A stretch of 11,048 bases of DNA, taken from positions 1-11,048 of the forward strand of contig JBJMMA010000111.1 of the NCBI GenBank assembly GCA_045805065.1, in the 5' to 3' direction. The stretch's first letter is position 1. Each line of letters begins with the position of its first letter. The DNA is from Bdellovibrionia bacterium (GTDB lineage Bacteria > Bdellovibrionota > UBA1018). The translations under genes and the position numbers were made by a program. Shown piece after piece: positions 1 through 8,406 of this stretch. The notes beneath the pieces are model-generated. The model made no database searches, was not told where the DNA came from, and was given only the letters and a program-made list of their open reading frames with translations.

Positions 1-23
1 ACTCTTTCCCTACCTTCCGATCT
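1..23 (+). other. Illumina TruSeq/Read 1 adapter remnant (technical artefact)
   Basis: ACTCTTTCCCTAC followed by CTTCCGATCT matches the adapter ACACTCTTTCCCTACACGACGCTCTTCCGATCT with 8 internal bases (ACGACGCT) missing; it sits at the very start of the window. Confidence 0.85.
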
Positions 24-76
24 ATCTTTCATCACCAGTAAACTGCCATGTTCCAATATAAGCGAAGCCGTTTCTT

Positions 77-679
77 TTGTCTTTTTATGCCGAAAAGAAA
101 ATTTACGTTCTTCAGAATCGCAGGTACGTGAAGGCGAACCGGCCCCTGATCAGCTTGATGACGGGACCTGGCTTCTCCAACGCTTATCGAAGCACCTGGT
201 CTCTTCAGCCTCGCATTGCTTATTATTTCAGCGAGGAGTGGGGCTTTGAAGTTTTCTACAGCAAAGTCTTCAACTCGGAAAACAACACCTATAAAGCACT
301 CAGTTCCACGGGAACGACGCTTTTTCCTGTGATCCATGAGATCCGCAGCGAAATGGGTGCCTTGCTTCACTGGGTACCTTGGTACGCCAAGATCAACGTC
401 TTCAACTCGATTCTCTATTTTGACTGGTACTTTGCGGGTGGTTTGGGATCCGTCATGGATGCCATGACCACGAGTAAGACGGATGTGAACAGCTTCTCGA
501 CCAGTAACGATCTTGCTCTCTATCTGGGGACAGGGCATCAGTACCACATCAACGAGACGTTCACGGTTCGCCTGGACTTCATGGGAACGTATTACCGCGC
601 TCCATTGACGGTTTCATCGCCGGATAAAGTGTGGTTCTCGAATTACGATTTCACCTTCGGATTGGGTATTCGCCTGTGA
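77..679 (+). CDS. Outer membrane beta-barrel domain protein, GltA/GltB-like; 5'-truncated
   Basis: KKIYVLQNRRY motif, alternating aromatic/hydrophobic beta-strands (RIAYYFSEEWGFEVFY, LHWVPWYAK, FDWYFAGGLG, LYLGTGHQYHI) and a C-terminal strand FTFGLGIRL. No signal peptide, and an in-frame TAA lies at 59-61, so the TTG at 77 is probably not the true start. Directly upstream of a gltC-like gene. Confidence 0.75.
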   Translation: MSFYAEKKIYVLQNRRYVKANRPLISLMTGPGFSNAYRSTWSLQPRIAYYFSEEWGFEVFYSKVFNSENNTYKALSSTGTTLFPVIHEIRSEMGALLHWVPWYAKINVFNSILYFDWYFAGGLGSVMDAMTTSKTDVNSFSTSNDLALYLGTGHQYHINETFTVRLDFMGTYYRAPLTVSSPDKVWFSNYDFTFGLGIRL

Positions 680-2268
680 ACCCAGTTAAGACGTCGTTGG
701 CAGCAGCAGCTTTGATCGTGCTTGCATCGGCCTTGCCGACGCATTCGGCTTGGGGCGCAGGTCCCGATAACCAGAACTATCTGGCAAATGCCCGTCAGTA
801 CTATAAGCAAGGACAGTTCTTCAAATCCGCGCGCTATGCGTTCGCTGCCATCGAGAACTCGAGTGGACGCTCGGATGCGGAGAAGGCCGAAGCTTATTCG
901 TGGGCGACTCTGGGTCTGTCTCATGCTCACTTGTACAACTCGGCGTCTTACTTCTTTATCAAGACTCTTCAGACTGGAAACAAGGACGCCATTCGTCGCG
1001 TTTTGACTGAGACTCAAAATCTATTGATGAATCTCGGTCCCGATCTTCTGCGCAAGTATCTGGTTCGTCATACGCAGTACGAAGATTATGATGCCGCAAA
1101 TCGGAATGCATTCTTGTACTCGCTCGGGAAAGACGCGCTTCTGGCTCACCAGGAAGAGCGCGCGATTTCATACCTGAACGGAATTCAGAAGAGCAGCCCA
1201 CTGTGGCCTTCAGCTTTGCAGCTTCGTGCGGCAGCTTATGCGATTCGTGGAAACACGGATAAGGCAGTGGATGATTTCGAGCTTTGCGTAAAAAACTCAG
1301 ATCAAGTCACGCAAGGAATAAAGTCGGGGACTTCTTTGCACCGTGAGCTTGAGAGCGAGAGCGAAGACTTGAAAGCTCGCTGCATGGCAGGCGTAGCTCG
1401 TACTTACTATCAGGCCGATAAGTTCGAAGATGCGGATCGTGCTTACGACCGCATTCAAAAGACAAGCCTGGTATGGCCGGACATTCTCTTCGAGCAGGCT
1501 TGGAACGCTTTTGCCCGCCAGGAATACAACCGCTCACTTGGAAAACTCGTGTCTTACAAGAGTCCGGCGCTGAGCTTTGTGTTTGAGCCGGAAGTCGACG
1601 TCCTGCGCGCTCAGTCGTATCTGGCTCTTTGCTTGTATTCAGATGCCAACGAAGTCATTAACGAGTTCAACGGCAGTTACAGCAAGATCGGCGAGCAGGT
1701 GAAACAGTTCGTTGAGGGTAACTCCAAGAATCTCGATGCGTTTTACGCGGTCGGAAAAACGGCTTTGAAGGAATCGATCTACGCGACCGATGGCTTCAAA
1801 CCGATGCTCAACCGCTTTGTTCGCGGCCCTTACTTCGCAAGACTGGTTCGTTCCGAACGCGACATCAATTCCGAACTTGAAGCCGTCAGACGTTTTGGTG
1901 GCGCAGCCGAGTTTCAGAATCTCGGACACGGTTTCCCTGGGTTTTTGACCCAGGTCTTGAGCTGGCGGATCAAATCCGTTCACATGCTCGGCGGGATGTT
2001 CGTGAAAAACAGCCTGATTGACTACCATGCGCAGCTGATCTCGAACTTTGAGAAAATGGCTTTCATCAAGCTTGAGATGCTCAAGCGCGCCAAGGATCAA
2101 TTGGTTTACAAGAACTCGTCCCATCCGACGGGTTTGAGAGACTGGGGAAATCAAAAGCCTCATCGCCAGGACTATCAGTATTACTGGTCGTTCAATGGAG
2201 AGTTCTGGAACGATGAGCTGGGCGACTATGTTTTCGGTCTTGAATCGCAGTGCGGGAGCAGTGGATGA
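676..2268 (+). CDS. gltC: GltC-like periplasmic TPR protein of the Agl-Glt gliding complex (530 aa)
   Basis: GTG at 676 overlaps the upstream TGA (GTGA) and gives a signal peptide MNPVKTSLAAAALIVLASALPTHSAWG. TPR-like helices, WPDILFEQAW, YNRSLGKL, PEVDVLRA and the C-terminal YWSFNGEFWNDELGDY motif are typical of GltC. Confidence 0.8.
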   Translation: MNPVKTSLAAAALIVLASALPTHSAWGAGPDNQNYLANARQYYKQGQFFKSARYAFAAIENSSGRSDAEKAEAYSWATLGLSHAHLYNSASYFFIKTLQTGNKDAIRRVLTETQNLLMNLGPDLLRKYLVRHTQYEDYDAANRNAFLYSLGKDALLAHQEERAISYLNGIQKSSPLWPSALQLRAAAYAIRGNTDKAVDDFELCVKNSDQVTQGIKSGTSLHRELESESEDLKARCMAGVARTYYQADKFEDADRAYDRIQKTSLVWPDILFEQAWNAFARQEYNRSLGKLVSYKSPALSFVFEPEVDVLRAQSYLALCLYSDANEVINEFNGSYSKIGEQVKQFVEGNSKNLDAFYAVGKTALKESIYATDGFKPMLNRFVRGPYFARLVRSERDINSELEAVRRFGGAAEFQNLGHGFPGFLTQVLSWRIKSVHMLGGMFVKNSLIDYHAQLISNFEKMAFIKLEMLKRAKDQLVYKNSSHPTGLRDWGNQKPHRQDYQYYWSFNGEFWNDELGDYVFGLESQCGSSG

Positions 2269-5200
2269 AGGCAAGTTTGCGGCTGAAAGTAGCATTGGGT
2301 TTAACGCTTGCTGGCGCGATGGCGCCGCATACGACTTGGGCCAAGGCGCCTTATTCTGAATCTGAGATTCAGGCCGTGGAGACTTCTGACGAGTCTCGCA
2401 TCCGGGAGCTTCGCGATCAGGAAATCAAACAGCTTCGCATCGCATTAGGGCGTCGTCTTCCGAATAACCGCCGCGCGGATCTGTACTATCGTCTGGCAGA
2501 GCTTTATCTTGAAGCCTACCGCCAGGAGTATCTGCTGGAAGGCCGTGCTCACGACAAGAGACTCGAGCGCAAGCAAGCTGATCCAGCCATCGATCATTCT
2601 CGCTCTCGTCCTTATCTTTTGAGTGGGGTCCAGGCTTCGCAGGAGATTTTGAAGCTCAAGATCGCCTATCCAAGACTGGATCAGATCTATTACTTCCTGG
2701 CATTCAATTACAGTGAGCTTGGCGATCGCAAGCAGGGCCTCAAGTATTACGAGGAGCTCACTCATCGTTTTCCAAACAGCCCGTTTGTTGCTGAGGCACA
2801 GCGCGAACTTGCCGATGATGCCTATACGCATGGAAACTACCGCAAGGCGATCAGTCTTTATGAGCTTGCCGTGCACCGCGCGAACTCCAATCAGATCCCA
2901 CAGATCGATCATAAGCTGGCTTGGGCCTATTACCGCGTCAAGCAGTACGATCAAGCGATTGCAAAGCTGAAAGAAGCGGTAAATCTTGCGCAAAAGAGTG
3001 GCGAGAAGCTTCTCTCAGTGCGCGAAGAGGCTCTGCGTGACATGGCCGTCTTCATGACCGAAGCCGGGCGTGTGGATGAAGCGATCACTTATTTCCAGGC
3101 AACGGTCGCGGACAAATCCTTTTATCCGAAGCTCCTGGAGAAACTTGGAAAGCAGTATGAGCGCAACGTCGAGCCTGCCAAGGCGACGATGGTGTATGAA
3201 TCGCTTCTCAAGACCAATCCCGAGTCCGAATCCGCATTTCGTGTTCTGGTCAAGCTGGTCGATCTCGATCTTCGCCGCTCCCGCTTCAAAGAAGCGCTGG
3301 CGCGGTTGAAGGACCTGAGAGCCGCGAAGTTCAGCGAAGACGACACGCAGGTGGCCTCTCAGAATCTGAGAGCCATGATTCGTAGAACCGCTACTGAGCA
3401 CCATGAGATGTTCCGCAAGAAAGCGGATCGCCCGGCTCTGGAAATCGCGGAAAGTTATTACACAGCTTATCTGACCTTGTTCTTGTCCAAGGACGATCCT
3501 CGCAAGGAAACTCAGGAAATCCAGATGTACCTGGCTGAGGTGAAGCGCGAACTCGGTAAGTCCAAGGAAGCGTCGCAGCTTTATCGCAAGGTGGTGGACT
3601 CGCGTGACTCCCGTTACGCCAAGGAAGCAGGGGCGCTCTGGACCGCAAGCTTATCTGAAGCGATTAAACGTTCCAGCGAAGGCGGAGCATCGTCCAAGGC
3701 GACCGAGCCATCTACCCTTGAAAGAGAGTATGTTGAGGCCGCAGATGCCTTGCAGGCATCTTTAGGTGATACGGCTGAAGGTCGTGAAGCAGCCCTCAGA
3801 GCGGCCCAGGTTCTTGCCGGTTACGCTGAAACTCGTAAAGACGCTCTGAAGCGTATTCGCAAAATGATTGAATCTTCTCCAAAAACTCCGCAGGCATTGA
3901 CTGCCGCGCGCCTTTGGATTCAGCTTCAGTCTGAGAATCCGAAGAACGATCAAGACGATATGAAGGATCTGATCGCAAAGCTTCGTGAAAATACGGCTTT
4001 GATGAGTGCGGATCAAGAGATCGGAAAAGGAAAGCTGAAGGCTGCGATTTTCGATCAGGAAACCCGGATCAAGGTCAGCACGATTTCTCAGGAAGAAAAA
4101 GAGCATAAGTATGCGGATGCGGCTCGTGGCTATGAGTCTTTTGCTCAAGACTCCCAGCAGAAAGATACCGCCGAGAAAGCTTTGACGAACGCGGTCGCAA
4201 GCTACATCAAAGTGGGCGACACCGACAGCGTCGAGCGCGTTCTGGTAGGCTGGTTCAAGCGTTTTCCAAAGAGCCCAAAAGCCGTGGAATCCGCGCAAAG
4301 TGCCGCCACTCTTTTTCTGGTTCAAGGAAAGTTTGAAACATCGGCCAGAATGTTTGAGGAAGTGGGAAGCGCAGGCGGTGATGCGGTGTCTTTTGAGACT
4401 GCTGCACGTATCTATGAAGGCCTGGCCGGCGATCCTTCGCAGGAGCGGGCTCAAGCACAATTTCATTTCAAGCGCGCGCAAGCGAATCACGTGCGCTACA
4501 TTCAATCACTTAAGAATCCAAGCGCTCGTGGCAGCGCGCTTCTGACTTTGGCTAAGTCCTATGAAGAAGCTCAGAGTGATCGCGAGGCTGTCCAGGCTTA
4601 TCGGGATTGCATGTCAGCTTCTCCTGAATTTGAGGCCGAGTGCGGTGTGCGTCTTGCCGAACTTCAGCATCGTTTGAAGAACGAGGACGATGCTGTTGCG
4701 CTTCTTAAAAAAGTCGCGGCTCAAGGCACGAAGCATAAATCCGAGGCGTTGTCGCCGTATGTCGGTTACGCACGCTTTCAGCTTGCGGATCGCCAGGAGC
4801 AGTCCATGACGTTTGAGCCATTGGCTCTTCCTGATGAGAGGCTGAAAAAGGCTATGAATCAGCGTCTGGCGTTCATGGAAACGATCAGTCGCTCATATCA
4901 GTCGGTGGTGGATGCTGGTGGACCCTGGGCCATTGCGGCTCTGGATCGCCTGGCTCGCGCTGCATTGAGCTTTGCCAATGAGGTCGATCAAATCGCACCT
5001 CCTGCAAAGCTCAGCGATAAGGGAGCGGAGCAATTCAAAAAGAATCTCGCCTCAGTGAGTGCGCCGCTTCGTAAAAAAGCAATCGACACCTGGATGGATG
5101 CCTATCGCAAGGCCGTCAGTGCTGAGGCTTTGAGTCCTGTAATTCCTGAAATCGCGGATCGTCTGGCTGATGAGGGCGTTCGCATTCCAGGTCGCGCGCA

Positions 5201-5909
5201 GGGTTTCCGCGGTGGATGGCGCTTGGCCGGTGCTGCTTCCGATGGTGGAGCAGAAGGCGAGAGCAAGGCGCTGGATAAGGTTCGGGATCGTCTGACTCGT
5301 AATCCGGCTGATTCTTCCGCCTGGGTGGATTATGGAAACCTGCTCTGGGGTTCTGGCAAGCTTCAGCTTTCACGCTTGGCTTATGAGCGTGCGCTTCAAT
5401 TGAATCCTAAGAATGCCGCAGCATTGAACAATCGCGCTGTGGTTCTTTTGAGCACGAAAGATGGACAAGAGGATTGGGTCAATGCCTCTGAGTCTCTGGC
5501 AATACTTCAGAAAGCTTTGAAAGAAGATGAGTTCTTTGCCGCAGCCAAGGTGAACCGCGGACTGCTTCTGAACTACTATCGCTTGTTTGAGCGCGCAAAA
5601 CCGCTCTTTGAGCAAGTGCTGGTGAGAAATCAGCTTTCAGATGCAGAGCAGGGGCTTGCTGTGGCTCTTCAAGGCTTGGGTGATTCGGCAGGAGCAAGTG
5701 CTGCGTTCCAGAAAGCCGCCGCTCAAGGCGCATCCTCTTCCAGCTTTGCCTCGCTTTATCATCGGGCCGCTCAAGTAGGTCCATCCCGCTCATCGGAGTG
5801 TCTGGATGCGCTTTCGGATCTCAAGTCTAGCGCGCTTTCGGGCTTTGAGCGCGATGCCTATGAGCGACTCAAGCAAGTTTGCACGACGAATCAGGGAGCT
5901 AAAAAATGA
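2265..5909 (+). CDS. gltD: Large TPR protein, GltD (AgmU)-like with a fused GltE (AglT)-like C-terminal TPR region (1214 aa)
   Basis: ATG at 2265 overlaps the upstream TGA (ATGA), with GGAG at 2255-2258. Signal peptide ends TTWA. GltD-like motifs ADLYYRLAELY, LDQIYYFLAF, RFPNSPFVAEA, KLAWAYY, REEALRDM and the region GPWAIAAL...APLRKKAI are present. Lies between gltC and gltF. Confidence 0.78.
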   Translation: MKASLRLKVALGLTLAGAMAPHTTWAKAPYSESEIQAVETSDESRIRELRDQEIKQLRIALGRRLPNNRRADLYYRLAELYLEAYRQEYLLEGRAHDKRLERKQADPAIDHSRSRPYLLSGVQASQEILKLKIAYPRLDQIYYFLAFNYSELGDRKQGLKYYEELTHRFPNSPFVAEAQRELADDAYTHGNYRKAISLYELAVHRANSNQIPQIDHKLAWAYYRVKQYDQAIAKLKEAVNLAQKSGEKLLSVREEALRDMAVFMTEAGRVDEAITYFQATVADKSFYPKLLEKLGKQYERNVEPAKATMVYESLLKTNPESESAFRVLVKLVDLDLRRSRFKEALARLKDLRAAKFSEDDTQVASQNLRAMIRRTATEHHEMFRKKADRPALEIAESYYTAYLTLFLSKDDPRKETQEIQMYLAEVKRELGKSKEASQLYRKVVDSRDSRYAKEAGALWTASLSEAIKRSSEGGASSKATEPSTLEREYVEAADALQASLGDTAEGREAALRAAQVLAGYAETRKDALKRIRKMIESSPKTPQALTAARLWIQLQSENPKNDQDDMKDLIAKLRENTALMSADQEIGKGKLKAAIFDQETRIKVSTISQEEKEHKYADAARGYESFAQDSQQKDTAEKALTNAVASYIKVGDTDSVERVLVGWFKRFPKSPKAVESAQSAATLFLVQGKFETSARMFEEVGSAGGDAVSFETAARIYEGLAGDPSQERAQAQFHFKRAQANHVRYIQSLKNPSARGSALLTLAKSYEEAQSDREAVQAYRDCMSASPEFEAECGVRLAELQHRLKNEDDAVALLKKVAAQGTKHKSEALSPYVGYARFQLADRQEQSMTFEPLALPDERLKKAMNQRLAFMETISRSYQSVVDAGGPWAIAALDRLARAALSFANEVDQIAPPAKLSDKGAEQFKKNLASVSAPLRKKAIDTWMDAYRKAVSAEALSPVIPEIADRLADEGVRIPGRAQGFRGGWRLAGAASDGGAEGESKALDKVRDRLTRNPADSSAWVDYGNLLWGSGKLQLSRLAYERALQLNPKNAAALNNRAVVLLSTKDGQEDWVNASESLAILQKALKEDEFFAAAKVNRGLLLNYYRLFERAKPLFEQVLVRNQLSDAEQGLAVALQGLGDSAGASAAFQKAAAQGASSSSFASLYHRAAQVGPSRSSECLDALSDLKSSALSGFERDAYERLKQVCTTNQGAKK

Positions 5910-6205
5910 AAATGCGACTCTTTGTCTTTGTGACCATTCTGAGCGCCATCGGCGGAATCGCTTTCGCGGCGGGAATCGCCTGGGGAGTCAGAGGAGCACA
6001 TGCGGCAGAACCTAAACAGGGTGCAAAAGTGGTCTATCCCAAAAAGACGGAACTCGACTTCGAGGGTCTGGCAATTGAAGGCGAAGTCAGAAACCCTGGT
6101 GAGTTCTATTTTCAGCATCGCACGGAAGAGAAGTTTGATTCTCTCGTTCAACGCCGAAAGAATTTTCACCGCGAAATGCTTCGTGACGCGGTTTTGAGTA
6201 AGTAG
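5906..6205 (+). CDS. gltF: Adventurous gliding motility protein GltF/CglF-like (small exported protein)
   Basis: ATGA overlap with the upstream stop, GGGAG at 5894-5898, signal peptide ending AHA. Mature part KKTELDFEGLAIEGEVRNPGEFY...KFDSLVQRRKNF fits the CglF pattern (DF...IEG...P...F.SL...R.NF). Immediately upstream of gltG. Confidence 0.82.
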   Translation: MKMRLFVFVTILSAIGGIAFAAGIAWGVRGAHAAEPKQGAKVVYPKKTELDFEGLAIEGEVRNPGEFYFQHRTEEKFDSLVQRRKNFHREMLRDAVLSK

Positions 6206-6231
6206 GATTTTAAGAGCTATTAAGGAAGAAG

Positions 6232-8334
6232 ATGATGGAAACACCAGAAAATCGCGGGCAAAACGAAACGACGAATCAGTCCCAGCCGAGACCGCAATCA
6301 GGTTTGAAAAAAGTGATCACCCTGGTCACCCTGACGCCTCATGAGGACGGAAGCAAGCCCGTCTTTCGCGTTCATAAGGAAAGACTGGTTCTGGGCTCGG
6401 TCATCAGTGCTGATGTCAGACTGACGAGTGATGGCGTGGCGCCGATCCATGCGGTTCTTGAGCTTGATGCTGGTGGAGACTCTGCAACCATCTACGACCT
6501 TGCAAGCGATAGCGGCGTTTTCGTGAACGGTGCACGCGTGGTCACGCAGACGATCAAAGGCGGGGATCGCGTTCGTATCGGTCAGCAGGAACTTCAGTTC
6601 ACCGTCGATGATCTTGAAGATCTTATTCGGCACGAGAGAACGCGTGAGACCGAAGGCCGCAGGCTCTTTTTGGATCCGAACGAGGATTTCTCGCCCCTTC
6701 TTCTTGAAGAAGAAAGGTATGTATCCCAGATCTTTGACTATCGCCCGGCCTCAAAGCGCGCGGTCGAAGTCATCATGTCCTGGTTCGGGACGATTCTTGA
6801 TGTTGAGCATTTCGTAAAAGAGAAGTCCGTCACCATCGGAACGCGCAGAAGGAACGACTTCGGTATTCCGCCGCTTCTTTCGCGCAAGGAATACTCGATT
6901 GTGACCCGTCAGGGAGAGAATTACACCCTGCATGTTGAGCCGCAGATGCGCGGCGTTCTTCAGCGCAAAGGAAAGCTCGTTTCTCTGGATGAGCTTCGCG
7001 CGGAGAATCGCTCCGGTCAGGGAGCTTTGTCCATTCAGCTGACCGAAGAGGACTTTGCCAAGGTAAGCCTCGGGGATATTGATTTCTATCTCAGTTTCAC
7101 AGCCGCTCCTCCGCGCCTCAAGATGAGCCGGATCATGGAGAAGGATCCTCTTTTCACAAAGGTTTTGATCTCCTCACTGATCCTGAGTTCGGCAGTCGTC
7201 GGCGGTCTGATCAGCACCTACAAGCCTCGTCCGATCGAGGCTGAGGAAATTCCAGAGCGTCTGGCAACCATTCTCTATCAGCCTGAGAAGTATCTGCCAA
7301 AGCCTGTGACTTTGTATAAGAACACTTCAAGCGACATTGATAAGACCGTTCAAGCGCAGCCTGTGAAAAAACCTGAGCCGCAAAAGCCAGCTCCGCTTCC
7401 TACGGTTCAAGTGACGATCACGCCTCACGACCACGTCAAAAAGGCTGTTCCAAAGGAAATGACCGTCGCACCTCAGCCTGCCAAGCATACTGTGAAGCCT
7501 GCTCCAGTGGCTCAGAAAAAAGGCGGCGCTGCTCATAGCCAGAATGAAGCGAAAGAAGGCGAGGGCGCACGCGCCAAGGGCACGGAAGGCATACGTGGAA
7601 GCAAGCATGCTTCTCCAAGCAAAGAACATCAGAACACCGCAACTCGCGCTTCCGCTGAAGGCGGTCAGGGCAAAGGCGGCGGAAACAGCCAGGTTGAGGA
7701 CGTCGGTAACGTCGATATCCTGAAAGCCGCAACCGGCAAGATCCAGGACATCTTGGGCAACACGGCTCAAAAGCTTGGAAAAGGCGGAGAAAAGCTCAAG
7801 GGCTTTGGCGGTTTCACGACCGAAGGCAATGGCGGTCTCGCACTTTCGGGCAAGGGCGCAGGCGGTGGCGGCGATGCTGATACCACTCTCGGCGGCCTGG
7901 GCAAGAAGGGTACGGGCGGTGGTCTCGTTGGCACCGGTAAAGGTGCCGCAGGCTCTGGCAACGGAATTATCGGCGGCAAGGCACGTGTTGCGATTCGCTC
8001 CGGTGGTCCTGAAGAAGCAGTCGTCATGGGCGCAATCGATGCCGACGCAATCGAAGCCGCGATGCTTGCTCATCGCGATGAATTCCGCCGCTGCTATGAA
8101 AAGGAAATCAACGCTGATCACCCAGCTCGTGGTGGCCGCGTTGGAACCAACTTCGTCATCGGCACCACAGGTCGTGTGACTCACGCATCCATCGAGTCCA
8201 CGACGTTGAACATCGAAGGAACCGAGAGCTGCATCGTCGCAGTCATCAAGCGAATCGACTTCCCGATCCCACGCGGAGCCGGCGTCGTTCAAGTCGCGTA
8301 TCCCTTCAAATTCAACGCAATCGGCAACAAATAG
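6232..8334 (+). CDS. gltG: GltG-like protein: FHA domain, one TM helix, Pro/Lys- and Gly-rich linker, C-terminal AgmX/PglI (TonB-C-like) domain
   Basis: TAAGGA RBS at 6221-6226. FHA-like N-terminus (IHAVLE, IYDLAS, GVFVNG, IKGGDRVRIG), TM segment at about 7153-7221, and C-terminus FRRCYEKEI...FVIGTTGRV...ESCIVAVIKRIDFPIPRGAGVVQVAYPFKF. Confidence 0.88.
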   Translation: MMETPENRGQNETTNQSQPRPQSGLKKVITLVTLTPHEDGSKPVFRVHKERLVLGSVISADVRLTSDGVAPIHAVLELDAGGDSATIYDLASDSGVFVNGARVVTQTIKGGDRVRIGQQELQFTVDDLEDLIRHERTRETEGRRLFLDPNEDFSPLLLEEERYVSQIFDYRPASKRAVEVIMSWFGTILDVEHFVKEKSVTIGTRRRNDFGIPPLLSRKEYSIVTRQGENYTLHVEPQMRGVLQRKGKLVSLDELRAENRSGQGALSIQLTEEDFAKVSLGDIDFYLSFTAAPPRLKMSRIMEKDPLFTKVLISSLILSSAVVGGLISTYKPRPIEAEEIPERLATILYQPEKYLPKPVTLYKNTSSDIDKTVQAQPVKKPEPQKPAPLPTVQVTITPHDHVKKAVPKEMTVAPQPAKHTVKPAPVAQKKGGAAHSQNEAKEGEGARAKGTEGIRGSKHASPSKEHQNTATRASAEGGQGKGGGNSQVEDVGNVDILKAATGKIQDILGNTAQKLGKGGEKLKGFGGFTTEGNGGLALSGKGAGGGGDADTTLGGLGKKGTGGGLVGTGKGAAGSGNGIIGGKARVAIRSGGPEEAVVMGAIDADAIEAAMLAHRDEFRRCYEKEINADHPARGGRVGTNFVIGTTGRVTHASIESTTLNIEGTESCIVAVIKRIDFPIPRGAGVVQVAYPFKFNAIGNK

Positions 8335-8353
8335 GTGGTCGCCTCCTTTTTGT
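8327..8353 (+). repeat. REP-like imperfect palindrome copy 1 (ACAAATAGGTGGTCGCCTCCTTTTTGT); possible terminator for the glt operon
   Basis: 26/27 identical to the copy at 9064-9090. Stem with a T-T mismatch, TCG loop and T5 tract. Contains the gltG TAG (8332-8334). Confidence 0.85.
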
Positions 8354-8377
8354 AGCGCATGTGCGTTATGCGTAAGG

Positions 8378-8390
8378 AAAAGGAGGCTAC
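8378..8390 (-). repeat. Partial inverted REP-like copy (AAAAGGAGGCTAC)
   Basis: Its reverse complement GTAGCCTCCTTTT matches GTCGCCTCCTTTT (8338-8350) at 12/13 positions, forming a doublet hairpin with copy 1. Confidence 0.7.
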
Positions 8391-8406
8391 TCAGTCCGTC
8401 CACAAG

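Noticed and set aside
32..547. 171-aa minus-strand ORF
   Set aside because: Antisense to the beta-barrel gene and runs into the suspected artefactual contig end.
77..679. Calling the beta-barrel gene a pseudogene
   Set aside because: The missing N-terminus coincides with an adapter-bearing contig end, and the rest of the frame is intact and coupled to gltC.
5951..5980. GGAATCGC repeated 18 bp apart in the gltF signal peptide (GGIAFAAGIAWG)
   Set aside because: At most a small in-frame duplication lengthening the signal peptide; too short to support a functional claim.
643..6244. Numerous antisense or alternate-frame ORFs (e.g. 1639-2295, 2445-2993, 3762-4505, 5891-6244)
   Set aside because: All overlap the coupled glt genes, lack domain motifs, and are expected by chance at this GC content.
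7327..8403. 358-aa antisense ORF opposite gltG
   Set aside because: Shadow of the Gly/Ala-rich GC-biased coding strand; no recognisable motifs and it almost entirely overlaps a well-supported gene.
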